DNA of 32,000 nucleotides. Source: Candidatus Saccharimonadota bacterium (GTDB lineage Bacteria; Patescibacteriota; Saccharimonadia; Saccharimonadales; UBA4665). How positions within the stretch are numbered: position 1 is the stretch's first letter; every line of letters starts with the position of its first letter. The position numbers were made by a program, and so were the translations under genes. The DNA lies in NCBI GenBank assembly GCA_003516025.1, contig CP023991.1, forward strand, positions 240,001 through 272,000. Direction: 5' to 3'. Under the pieces are notes generated by a model. The model ran no database searches and was not told the DNA's origin. It saw nothing but the letters and a program-made list of their open reading frames with translations. Shown piece after piece: positions 1 through 7,945 of the stretch.

Positions 1-846
1 GGTTTCGCCAGTTTTGACAGAAACAACTACAGGTTCACTGAGGAACGTATTGATGAGCTCGCGGATACTTGGTTCCAGAGTTGCCGAGAAGAAGAACGAC
101 TGGCGTTCCGCCGCCAGATTATCCAGAATGAAACGGATATCGTTGATGAAACCCATGTCCAACATGCGGTCAACCTCGTCGAGGGTAATCATGTTGAATG
201 TAGAGAGGTCCAAAGAACCGCGTTCAATGTGATCTTTAATACGTCCTGGCGTACCAATAACGATAGAAGGAAGATCTTTGAGGTCGCGGAGCTGATCACG
301 CATGTTCGAGCCACCGATGAGGACGGCACGGAATAAACCGGAACCCTTGGCAATAGAACGAAGTTCTTCTTCGATTTGCTGGGCGAGTTCGCGGGTTGGC
401 GCGATGATTAAGGCGCGAGCAAACGGTTCATTGAGCAAGCGGTGCAGGATCGGCAGTGAAAATGCCGCGGTTTTACCGGTACCGGTATTGGCGATACCAA
501 CGACGTCTTTACCGATGAGCGCATGAGGAATCGCCTGGTCCTGAATTGGTGAAGGATTTATGTAACCCTTCTCGATAATGTTCTGCTTGAGAAGTGGATG
601 AATGTCGAAATCCGCAAAAGTATGAACTGGAACGTATTCCGGGACTTCAGTTGTTACCACGGCTCGCTTAATGAAGCGCGAAGGGTCAATGTACTGCTTG
701 CTGAACTTAGGCTTGCGGCTACCGCCGCGTCCTGAGCTGAATCCGCGGCTACCGCTACGGTCGAATTGACCGCCACCACGGCTTGAAGAACCACCTGAAC
801 GGCTGTAATTATTACCGCTACTGCGGCGTTGAGATGAATATGGCAT
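1..846 (-). CDS. DEAD-box ATP-dependent RNA helicase, N-terminal ~280 aa (3' end lies beyond the window)
   Basis: Absent from the ORF track because it has no in-window stop. My minus-strand translation from the ATG (complement of 844-846) gives a Gly/Ser/Arg-rich tail, then Q motif PSPIQ, motif I ANTGTGKT, Ia PTRELA, Ib TPGR, motif II LDEVDRMLDMGF (DEVD variant) and SAT. Confidence 0.85.
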   Translation of the reverse strand, partial: MPYSSQRRSSGNNYSRSGGSSSRGGGQFDRSGSRGFSSGRGGSRKPKFSKQYIDPSRFIKRAVVTTEVPEYVPVHTFADFDIHPLLKQNIIEKGYINPSPIQDQAIPHALIGKDVVGIANTGTGKTAAFSLPILHRLLNEPFARALIIAPTRELAQQIEEELRSIAKGSGLFRAVLIGGSNMRDQLRDLKDLPSIVIGTPGRIKDHIERGSLDLSTFNMITLDEVDRMLDMGFINDIRFILDNLAAERQSFFFSATLEPSIRELINTFLSEPVVVSVKTGET

Positions 847-1007
847 AAAAATAGAATCCTTATGTGTATTAAAGGCGTTTTCGCGCAGCAAGAGCCGGCT
901 TTTTGCCCAATTTGATTAATCGATTGCTGGACAAAATCGAGTAATCAAACTTACGTACACCCGGATTCGTCAAAACAATACTTTTATTGTAGCACAAAAT
1001 ACATTAT

Positions 1008-2432
1008 ATGCCAATCCCCTTGTTACAGAGTCCCTGCTATAGTGCTTATATGCACCATATACCCATTATGGAATCTGAGTCCCTAGATGAGATGTGGTAT
1101 GGCCAGCTTCAGCCAATTATCAAGGGAATTCCGGAAACTTTTACGTTGCTGGAACCAGAACAGGATTATGTACGGCGCGAGCAAACAAAATTTTTTGCCA
1201 GTGACTGTACGCGAAACCCTGATTTATGTCCGCAGCGCCTCGACGAAGCATTCTTAGGCCAGACGCGCGAGCGTCTACAAATGCTGCTAAGCGACATACA
1301 AACACAGGAAACTAACATATTTATCAGGGAAGCGTATGAAAGACATATAACCGAACGTCTGTTGAATATTGACATGGTATTAGCGGCGGCAAAAAATGAC
1401 CATCCGCAGTTCGTTGACGCGAACATCGCGCTCTATGGTTTGCCCTCCAGGGAGATTTTTGGCGCCGCTTGCGACTGGATCCGGCAAGATGTAACAGAGG
1501 CTATGGCGGCGAACTCACGTTTGTTGGAGGCCGGTAATAACGTGCTGGAATTAGTGCCGTCAACGGCAGGTAACGCCGCAGTGCTTATGCCTGACAAGAC
1601 AGTTTTTAACAAAGTGCGCGAGCTGCACGGCCTTCCGGGCGGATATATCGATCAACTGTTTCAAGATGTAATATGGCCGAACACATCAGTCATCACGCCC
1701 GAGACCGGCGCTGCCATAACGCGGCAAGTTATCAAGAATGTGGGTTCACGTTTTCCGGTTTACGAGGCGCCCAACGGATTGTGGTCGGTGTCGCAAAGCC
1801 GAGCTACTGTTACTGCTCCATCCAGCTACAATCTCAGTGTGCCGGCATTCCGTGGTATTCTCGCTCACGAAATTGGCAGCCATCTGCTGGAGTCGGTAAA
1901 CGGTGCGCGCTCGCCTTTGCGGCTGCTGGAAATCGGACTCGACCGCTATGAGTATGGCAATGAAGGCCGCGCGGTATTACGTGAGCAGATAATGTTCGAG
2001 AATCCGCGCGACTATAATAATCAGCCCGATTGGTATCCCACCAAGGCGTCATGGGAGTACCGTTTAACGATACATCTGGTAATCTCACTGGCATATGAGT
2101 TGGGCGGACAGGCGTATTCTTTCGCTCGGTTATTCCAACTCGTCAAGGTGCTATTCACCTTTTGGACGCTGAAATACCAGCAGGACATAAACCGGGACAC
2201 AATTAACAACGGCGCGTGGAGTATGGTTGCGCGCGCCTTGAAGGGTACCGATGGAACCGCTGGTGCCTATATGAAAGATATCGTATATCTCGAGGGCAAT
2301 GTCCGCTGTTGGCAACTGGCCAAAACGAACCCGGAAAGGATACTGTACGGTGATGCCGGCAAGTTTGACATCACTAACCATAGGCATGTTATGATGCTGA
2401 CTGAACTCGGCATCTTGCCACAAACAAACTGA
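1008..2432 (+). CDS. HExxH metallopeptidase-like protein, DUF1704/MATCAP-like (QEGLA-motif family), tentative
   Basis: 474-aa ORF with HEIGSHLLE followed by YGNEGRAVLREQ, which resembles the family QEGLA motif. The true start may be the in-frame ATG at 1068 (MESESLDEMWYG). Confidence 0.5.
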   Translation: MPIPLLQSPCYSAYMHHIPIMESESLDEMWYGQLQPIIKGIPETFTLLEPEQDYVRREQTKFFASDCTRNPDLCPQRLDEAFLGQTRERLQMLLSDIQTQETNIFIREAYERHITERLLNIDMVLAAAKNDHPQFVDANIALYGLPSREIFGAACDWIRQDVTEAMAANSRLLEAGNNVLELVPSTAGNAAVLMPDKTVFNKVRELHGLPGGYIDQLFQDVIWPNTSVITPETGAAITRQVIKNVGSRFPVYEAPNGLWSVSQSRATVTAPSSYNLSVPAFRGILAHEIGSHLLESVNGARSPLRLLEIGLDRYEYGNEGRAVLREQIMFENPRDYNNQPDWYPTKASWEYRLTIHLVISLAYELGGQAYSFARLFQLVKVLFTFWTLKYQQDINRDTINNGAWSMVARALKGTDGTAGAYMKDIVYLEGNVRCWQLAKTNPERILYGDAGKFDITNHRHVMMLTELGILPQTN

Positions 2433-2440
2433 ATTATATT

Positions 2441-3139
2441 ATGGACAACAACGTACACTTTATTAGCAACACGCCCGAAGATAAGCAATGCCTGCAGGCG
2501 TCATATGCGATGATCAGGCACTTTTATGAACCTGGTTTACAGATTGACTGGGATGAATGGGCAGATCTAACGGGCTACTTGCCCGGCAAAGGCACCTGGT
2601 CGATGGCCGGCCTGATGTGGTTCAAAGAACACGGTTACGAAGTTATTCATATTGCCACTTTTGATTACCGTGAATTCGCTGAACGGGGCGCTGAATATCT
2701 CGTTGAATCGTTGGGCGAAGAAGTTGCTAACTGGGAATTAAAGTTTATGGACCTGCTGCTTGAGCAGGACCGGGCAGTTAAATTCCTGGATTCAGGTATA
2801 TGGTTAAAGCGGGAAGTCACAATAGAGGATATCTACACTTTTTTGAATCAAGGCTACCTCATAAAGTGTTTGATGAATTTGAATGCCCTAAACGGTAAGC
2901 CGGGTTATCTCGGGCATGCCGTAGTAGTCAAAGGCTATGACGAAAATGGATTGATTCTGCACGACCCTGGGCTACCGGCCCGTCCGAACCGCCACGTAAC
3001 GGTCGAGGCCTTTAAAGCGGCCTGGGGCGATCCCAACTCTGCACATTCCGAGAAAATGGATGTTATACGTAAAGTCAGTCCTCTGCGGCCCGCGCCGGAG
3101 CAAAATTTCAATCCTGTAGAACTTGCCGAAGCAGTTTAG
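2441..3139 (+). CDS. Papain-like cysteine peptidase, C39-like domain protein
   Basis: 232-aa ORF with an N-terminal KQCLQASYAMIRHF (Gln-Cys nucleophile context) and a distal GHAVVVKGYDENGLILHDPG (His...Asp). This is the pattern of C39-like peptidase domains. Confidence 0.5.
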   Translation: MDNNVHFISNTPEDKQCLQASYAMIRHFYEPGLQIDWDEWADLTGYLPGKGTWSMAGLMWFKEHGYEVIHIATFDYREFAERGAEYLVESLGEEVANWELKFMDLLLEQDRAVKFLDSGIWLKREVTIEDIYTFLNQGYLIKCLMNLNALNGKPGYLGHAVVVKGYDENGLILHDPGLPARPNRHVTVEAFKAAWGDPNSAHSEKMDVIRKVSPLRPAPEQNFNPVELAEAV

Positions 3140-3849
3140 TGTTGCCGATCGTATACGGAGACACTCGGTTCAGCTTTACGGGCGAACAGCGGGGCCAGAA
3201 TCAGCCCGGCTAAAAAGCCGCCGACATGCGCCATAAAGGCTACGCCCGTGGCTTCGCCGACAGTTTGCATGCCAAGCGTAGCCACGCCGCTAAACAGCTG
3301 CATCACGAACCAGTAAATAATGAACAAAGCTGCCGGCAAGGTAATCGGAATAAGTAAGATGATAATAAACAAAAAACCTTTCACATGGCCGCGCGGGTGC
3401 AAGCGTAAGTACGCTCCCAGGATACCGGCTATGGCGCCACTGGCACCAAGCAGTGGAACGGTGGAACCCGTGTTAAACAGTACGTAAAATACCGTCGCGA
3501 TCAGGCCGCATAAGACGTAAAACAGCAGATACCGGATGTGTCCCATGCGATCCTCGACGTTATCACCGAAAGGCAGGAGGTACAGCATGTTGCCAACGAT
3601 ATGTAACAATCCACCATGCAGGAACATTGAGGTGAGCAGGCCGATAGCAAGCGGCGAGCCGTCGGTAATATCTGCCGGTATAGCAGCGTAGCGCAAAATG
3701 AAGTCGTTGAGCGCGGTTTCCCCGCCGCTGCTCAGTAGGTATGCTTCATATCCGAACACCAACACGTTAACCAGTACTAGCAGGATGGTAATTGTAGGGA
3801 AAATGCGTCGAGGGGTATCTTCGCGGGTTCCGTAGGGTATAAAAAACAT
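3136..3849 (-). CDS. Rhomboid family intramembrane serine protease
   Basis: 237-aa polytopic ORF with HGGLLHIVGNM, the catalytic-type GASGAIAGILG (GxSG) and AHVGGFLAGL (HxxGxxxG). Confidence 0.8.
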   Translation of the reverse strand: MFFIPYGTREDTPRRIFPTITILLVLVNVLVFGYEAYLLSSGGETALNDFILRYAAIPADITDGSPLAIGLLTSMFLHGGLLHIVGNMLYLLPFGDNVEDRMGHIRYLLFYVLCGLIATVFYVLFNTGSTVPLLGASGAIAGILGAYLRLHPRGHVKGFLFIIILLIPITLPAALFIIYWFVMQLFSGVATLGMQTVGEATGVAFMAHVGGFLAGLILAPLFARKAEPSVSVYDRQH

Positions 3850-3947
3850 CGGCGGTATTCCTTTTTCCTAAGTGTAAAAGCTACGTGTAAAAAGTCATGT
3901 GAAATATTTCGTTAACTAATATAACTAATTATGACACCATTGCCTGT

Positions 3948-4922
3948 ATGAAATATATACGCAGTTTACTGGTTGTTTTTGTCGGCCTGTTTATGGCTGG
4001 CACGCGTCGCGCCCGGCTTAACCAACGTTCGCAGGGCTTGGTCGATCCGGATGATGGTAGCGTCGATAGCCCGGCCGACCTGACCGGCAAGGGCTGGAAG
4101 GTCGCCCTTAAGCGCACCAAGCAGGCATTAAAGGACAAAAACCTCAGCATGTTTGCCGCGAGCCTGGCTTACTACACCACGCTGACTTTTTTCCCGGCAG
4201 CGCTTGGCCTGGCGACGCTGTACACTACTATTGCTGGCGGGCCGGCACTTTTGGACTTACTTGATAATCTGTCACTGGTACTGCCGCCTGCCATCCAGGA
4301 TTTACTACAGCAGCAGCTCAGTCCTTTAGCTAACGCCAGCCGCGGCTCTTTGGGTGTTGCTACGGCGGTAAGCCTGGTAGTAGTGTTATGGACGGTATCG
4401 GGCGGGGTACAGAACCTTATCAAGGCCACTAACATCGCTTACGAGGCTGAGGAAACACGTGGTTTCATTAAGCTTCGGCTGGTAAGCCTAGCACTGAGCG
4501 GCGTATTTGTACTGTTTGCCGCCCTCATGTTGCTGCTTTTAGTGCTTCAAGGGGATGCTCTGCACACACTCGGTGTACCGACGGTTTTGTCGAATCTATT
4601 CCCGATCTTCCGGTGGCCGCTGTTGGTTGTAGCCCTATCGCTGGTATTGTCTGTTATCTATCGCTATGCTCCAAACCGCACAGAACCGCGGTGGTCCTGG
4701 GTGAGCTGGGGCGCCGGCGCGGCCGTTATAATCTGGTTGATCGGAACGGTGCTGTTTTTCTTTTACGCCCAGCACTTTGGCAACTTCAATAAATCGTATG
4801 GAATTTTTGCCAGCATAATTATCCTGATGACCTGGTTCAACCTGTCGTCGTTAATTGTTCTGGTAGGTGCTCAAGTGAATAAAAAACTGGAAGACGTTTC
4901 AAGTACGAATACCACAGTTTAA
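3948..4922 (+). CDS. YihY/BrkB family membrane protein
   Basis: 324-aa ORF with the family-typical FAASLAYYTTLTFFPA segment and multiple TM helices through to the C-terminus. Confidence 0.75.
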   Translation: MKYIRSLLVVFVGLFMAGTRRARLNQRSQGLVDPDDGSVDSPADLTGKGWKVALKRTKQALKDKNLSMFAASLAYYTTLTFFPAALGLATLYTTIAGGPALLDLLDNLSLVLPPAIQDLLQQQLSPLANASRGSLGVATAVSLVVVLWTVSGGVQNLIKATNIAYEAEETRGFIKLRLVSLALSGVFVLFAALMLLLLVLQGDALHTLGVPTVLSNLFPIFRWPLLVVALSLVLSVIYRYAPNRTEPRWSWVSWGAGAAVIIWLIGTVLFFFYAQHFGNFNKSYGIFASIIILMTWFNLSSLIVLVGAQVNKKLEDVSSTNTTV

Positions 4923-4934
4923 GCAAAGCAGTAT

Positions 4935-4951
4935 ACAGGTCAAATCGTTAC
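4935..4951. repeat. Cassette 1 distal arm (ACAGGTCAAATCGTTAC), followed by a G7 tract at 4963-4969
   Basis: 15/17 complementary to 7252-7268. The surrounding ~45 nt are homologous (as reverse complement) to 25076-25113 of cassette 2. Confidence 0.75.
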
Positions 4952-5168
4952 AAATCATAAATGGGGGGGTAGGTAGGCAGCGGACGAGAAAGGGAGAATA
5001 AGGAGGAGTTAGGTAATTCAAAGATGAATTAAATCTCGCATACCTATGGTATCTCTATAAACCTATCTGGTCCGCTGCGCTGTACTAACTGTACGAATAC
5101 TTACGACTGCACCGGCAGACATTGATTACGTGTAAGTAATCGCCTGGGATGCTAGCTACTGCTACTAC

Positions 5169-5191
5169 TGTCAAGGACAATTGTCCTGACA
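5169..5191. repeat. 23-nt near-perfect palindrome TGTCAAGGACAATTGTCCTGACA
   Basis: The core AGGACAATTGTCCT is a perfect 14-nt palindrome and the flanks extend it with one mismatch. It is operator-like, with unknown function. Confidence 0.5.
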
Positions 5192-5195
5192 TGCG

Positions 5196-5308
5196 CTTCA
5201 TCGGGATACCCCGAGCATTTGAGCAAACCTTGTCCACCATGCCGCTTTGTAGGCGACTGGGTATGGTGGGAGCGGCGAGCTCTCTTGCATCGGGGTATCC
5301 CGATGAAG
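5196..5308. repeat. Perfect 19-bp inverted repeat (CTTCATCGGGATACCCCGA at 5196-5214 / TCGGGGTATCCCGATGAAG at 5290-5308) with a 75-nt loop
   Basis: Read directly from the sequence. The loop contains further complementary pairs (CCACCAT/ATGGTGG and GCCGCT/AGCGGC). Confidence 0.8.
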
Positions 5309-5626
5309 AGGCTCCGTCCGCTGGTATGCGGGGTGACGGGTGCGCATGGGTGCCTTGGTAGGGCATCCGTTTACCAACATTATCCGACACGCTCGCACGC
5401 GCTGGTTGTGCCTGTAAGTTTGTGGTACAAGCCTACGTCAGATCACCGGAGTGATAACGTTTCTTGTACAGATGCCAGGTTATGGAAGACCGGCGTCTAG
5501 GTTCAGGCACATACGCGCGCAGCTGCATCGGACGATGCTAGCGGTGCTTCAGTCTGTCGACCTCAGTCAAACGGCGAATTGTAGCTGCCGAGTGATTGCC
5601 GTGAAGGCGAGAGGTTGAACAGAACT

Positions 5627-6949
5627 TCAGCAGAGGGTGATGCCGTGGTCCGCCATGTACGCCTCGGGGTCGATGTGACCACCGAAGAACGACGTACCGA
5701 CGCCAAAGTGCAGGTGCGGGCCCGTCGACTGACCACGGTTGCCCGTGTAGGCGATGAGGTCACCGGCGTTGACGTAGGTGTCGAGACCCACGTTGACGCT
5801 GTCCACGTGGCCGTACTCGGTGTACATGCCGTCGTCACCCAGGATGACCACCGCGAGGCCGAAGCCGTTGGTAGCACCTGCGCGCTTGACGTATCCGCTG
5901 GTGGCGGCGTACACCGGGTTGCCGATGGGCAGAGCCATGTCCACGCCACCGTGCTGCGTTCCCCAGCGGGGACCGAAGCCAGACGTGCAGCGGTAGCTGC
6001 TGTCGTGGAGTGGGTTCACCCAGCCGTTGTTGACCACCGGAGCGGTGCTGGCAGCGACCTCGAGGGCCGGAGCAGCGGCGGGAGTCTCCGCGGGCGTGGG
6101 CTCGGGAGCCGGCGCGGGCGGTGCGACCTGCACGGAAGTTCCGGGCAGCTTGATCACGTCGCCGGCGTAGATGACGTCGGGGTCGGTGATCTTGTCGGGG
6201 TTGAGGTTGACGATGTCAGCCACCTTGTTGGTGTCCTGGTAGGCCGCCGAAGCGATCCTGTTCAGGGTGTCACCAGACAAGATGGAGTAGTCGGTCGACT
6301 CGACGTCGGCGACGACCGGTGCGGGAGCCGGGGTGGGCTCAGGCACGGTTGCCTCGACGACGGGCTCGGGAGCCGGGGTGGGCTCAGGAGCGACAGAAGC
6401 CGCGAGGGCGACATCAGACGGAGCCTCCACCGGGACGGTGGTGACGCCAGGCTGGATGCCACCGCGGCACTGCCAGGCCTTGAGGCCCTGACCCTTGACT
6501 CCATTCCAGCCGGACACGACGCGCTCGGCGACGATGACCTGCTGGACAGGCGTGGCCTTGTCGGCGCGGGGAGCGAACTCGCCGCCTCCGTACATGAGCC
6601 AGGTGCTGGTGAGGAACTGCAGGCCACCGAAGTGGAGACCGGCCGGGTCGGCGACGTGCCAACGGAAGTCGGACTCGCAGTCGACAACGCCGGTCCAGTC
6701 GTGCTCACCGACCGTCGTGGTCTCCTCTGCCATAGCAGTGGAGGGGTGTACGAACAGGGCGGCGATGCTGATCAGGCAGGCGAACAGCGTAGCGCGGATG
6801 GCGCTGGTGCGGTTCAGCTGCAGCTCGGGCAGGCGCGGACGGAAATCCACGACGGTCTGGCCGATCAGGACGGTGTTGTGCGCGAAGAAGTACATGACTT
6901 CTCGGCTGGGGTGCTCACTTGCGCGGTGTTGCGATGACATGATTGTCAT
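5627..6949 (-). CDS. Secreted peptidoglycan hydrolase: Rpf-like transglycosylase domain + LysM + M23 (LytM) peptidase; high-GC, actinobacterial type
   Basis: Rpf-type motif DWTGVVDCESDFRWHV...GGLQFLTSTW; Pro/Ala/Glu/Thr linkers; LysM YSILSGDTLNRIASAAY...IYAGDVIKLP; M23 motifs HGGVDMA and GPHLHFGV. The AAGGAG Shine-Dalgarno (complement of 6951-6956) is better spaced for the ATG at 6940, so the start is uncertain. Confidence 0.85.
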   Translation of the reverse strand: MTIMSSQHRASEHPSREVMYFFAHNTVLIGQTVVDFRPRLPELQLNRTSAIRATLFACLISIAALFVHPSTAMAEETTTVGEHDWTGVVDCESDFRWHVADPAGLHFGGLQFLTSTWLMYGGGEFAPRADKATPVQQVIVAERVVSGWNGVKGQGLKAWQCRGGIQPGVTTVPVEAPSDVALAASVAPEPTPAPEPVVEATVPEPTPAPAPVVADVESTDYSILSGDTLNRIASAAYQDTNKVADIVNLNPDKITDPDVIYAGDVIKLPGTSVQVAPPAPAPEPTPAETPAAAPALEVAASTAPVVNNGWVNPLHDSSYRCTSGFGPRWGTQHGGVDMALPIGNPVYAATSGYVKRAGATNGFGLAVVILGDDGMYTEYGHVDSVNVGLDTYVNAGDLIAYTGNRGQSTGPHLHFGVGTSFFGGHIDPEAYMADHGITLC

Positions 6950-7047
6950 GCTCCTTGCGGGTAGGGTACTGATGGGCGTGGATGGTAGAGCGGCTCAAGC
7001 GTAATCACCAATTGTGTCGGTGAAGAGCTGAGGATGTAGCGTAGCCA

Positions 7048-7115
7048 TTCCTGGTAAGGAGGGCATCAGAATAGACTTGCCGGAAATCTACTCAAACGCC
7101 CTCCCTATACAGGAA
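7048..7115 (-). promoter_or_regulatory. Cassette 1 conserved TAGGGAG hairpin upstream of the cargo gene
   Basis: On the minus strand, TTCCTGTATAGGGAGGGC pairs with GCCCTCCTTACCAGGAA. It is positionally and sequence-homologous to hairpin 22262-22327 of cassette 2. Confidence 0.5.
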
Positions 7116-7145
7116 GGGTAAGTATTCATAACCTGCGTCCGGAGG

Positions 7146-7178
7146 CCAAAAAGAGGCCTACAACAGAGTGCAGGCCTT
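7146..7178 (-). terminator. Weak intrinsic terminator ending the cassette 1 leader RNA
   Basis: Minus strand reads GAAGGCCTGCACTCTGTTGTAGGCCTCTTTTTGG: a 6-bp AGGCCT stem, a 12-nt loop and T5. Confidence 0.4.
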
Positions 7179-7251
7179 CAGGTATGCTAAAGGGCTGAAA
7201 AGAGTGATACGAGAAGGTCTGCACTCAGTACCGGTCACAGTATTATGAACA

Positions 7252-7268
7252 GTAATGAATTGACCTGT
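7252..7268. repeat. Cassette 1 proximal arm (minus-strand reading ACAGGTCAATTCATTAC)
   Basis: 15/17 complementary to 4935-4951, 2.3 kb away. Homologous to arm 22043-22059 of cassette 2. Confidence 0.75.
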
Positions 7269-7384
7269 TAATGATCGTTCTGCGTACAATAACCATTGAT
7301 ACACGAGTTCGATGCGGGGAGTAAGTAATATGCTTGCTGGACGCAAAGAGCAGGGAACCTGGCTCCATACACAAATACTATTGT

Positions 7385-7413
7385 ATAGTACTATATTATA
7401 GTTAAATTGTCAA
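7385..7413 (-). promoter_or_regulatory. Sigma70-type promoter of cassette 1 (TTGACA-N17-TACTAT)
   Basis: Minus strand reads CTATTGACAATTTAACTATAATATAGTACTAT, homologous to the cassette 2 promoter TTATTGACATTTTAGCTATTTTGTGGTAGTAT. Confidence 0.55.
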
Positions 7414-7480
7414 TAGTATGAGATATTTACGTGATCTATATCACTGATTAACATCACTTATTTGTCTAAATACAGGAATA

Positions 7481-7909
7481 TTAGGCGCTTTGCAGGGCGG
7501 TTGAATTAGTAATATTTGTTACAAGACCGGAAATAGCCATTTCGCCATTCGCATGTTTGCCGGTAATTTTGCCACGGTCTAAAAACACCTTGTAACTGCC
7601 ATCGGTAGCACGGATCCTGTACTGCACGTCATACATATCGGCCTTGCCGGTAATCAAATCGGTCATAGCCTGCATACAATGGTCGTAGTCATCAGAGTGA
7701 ACAAGATCCGTAAATGATTTATAGTGGACAAACTTACCAGCGTCTTTATCGCTATATCCCAGCATGCGAATTTTATTAAGCCCAAAAAATATTGTGCCAG
7801 AAGGCAACTCCATAAGCCACCAGGCCATATCAGCGGCTTCAATAGCATCTTCCAGGAGGCTGAATTCTTGGCCGGTTCCATAAAAACTCATATATATGTA
7901 CAGTAACAA
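7481..7909 (-). CDS. Stand-alone PAS domain protein
   Basis: 142-aa ORF with a PAS_3-like pattern: MAWWLMELPSG...LGYSDKD...VHSDDYD...YDVQYRIRATDGSYKVFLDRGKI. Confidence 0.65.
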   Translation of the reverse strand: MLLYIYMSFYGTGQEFSLLEDAIEAADMAWWLMELPSGTIFFGLNKIRMLGYSDKDAGKFVHYKSFTDLVHSDDYDHCMQAMTDLITGKADMYDVQYRIRATDGSYKVFLDRGKITGKHANGEMAISGLVTNITNSTALQSA

Positions 7910-7945
7910 GGTTTACAGACTAAACCAAATCCTTATTGCAATTTT

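Larger units (their letters stand above)
7146..7377 (-). ncRNA. Candidate ~230-nt leader/sRNA of cassette 1 (paralog of 21940-22160)
   Basis: Bounded by promoter 7385-7413 and terminator 7146-7178, and contains the proximal arm 7252-7268. Only a 41-codon ORF with no Shine-Dalgarno is present. Confidence 0.35.

Noticed and set aside
14-526. Plus-strand track ORFs 14-232 and 302-526
   Set aside because: They are shadow ORFs. The minus strand encodes an uninterrupted DEAD-box helicase with all canonical motifs across 1-846.
5330-5344. RNase P RNA-like string GGGGTGACGGGTGCG
   Set aside because: The other universal RNase P blocks (GAGGAAAGTCC and ACAGAA..CGGCTTA) are absent from the surrounding 600 nt on either strand.
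5563-7004. Track ORFs 5615-6937 (+, 440 aa), 5563-5949 (-), 6262-6708 (-), 6495-7004 (+) and others
   Set aside because: They are high-GC shadow frames with Arg/Gly/Val- or Pro/Ser/Thr-rich low-complexity translations. Only the 5627-6949 minus frame has recognisable domains (Rpf, LysM, M23).
6950-7140. c-di-AMP (ydaO-type) riboswitch, which is known to precede rpf and wall-hydrolase genes in Actinobacteria
   Set aside because: A few short resemblances exist (GGTTATGAATAC, GTATAGGGAGG, CACCGACACAA). The conserved ydaO blocks as I remember them are not present in order. In addition, the TAGGGAG hairpin recurs in cassette 2 upstream of unrelated genes. An Infernal search is needed to be certain.
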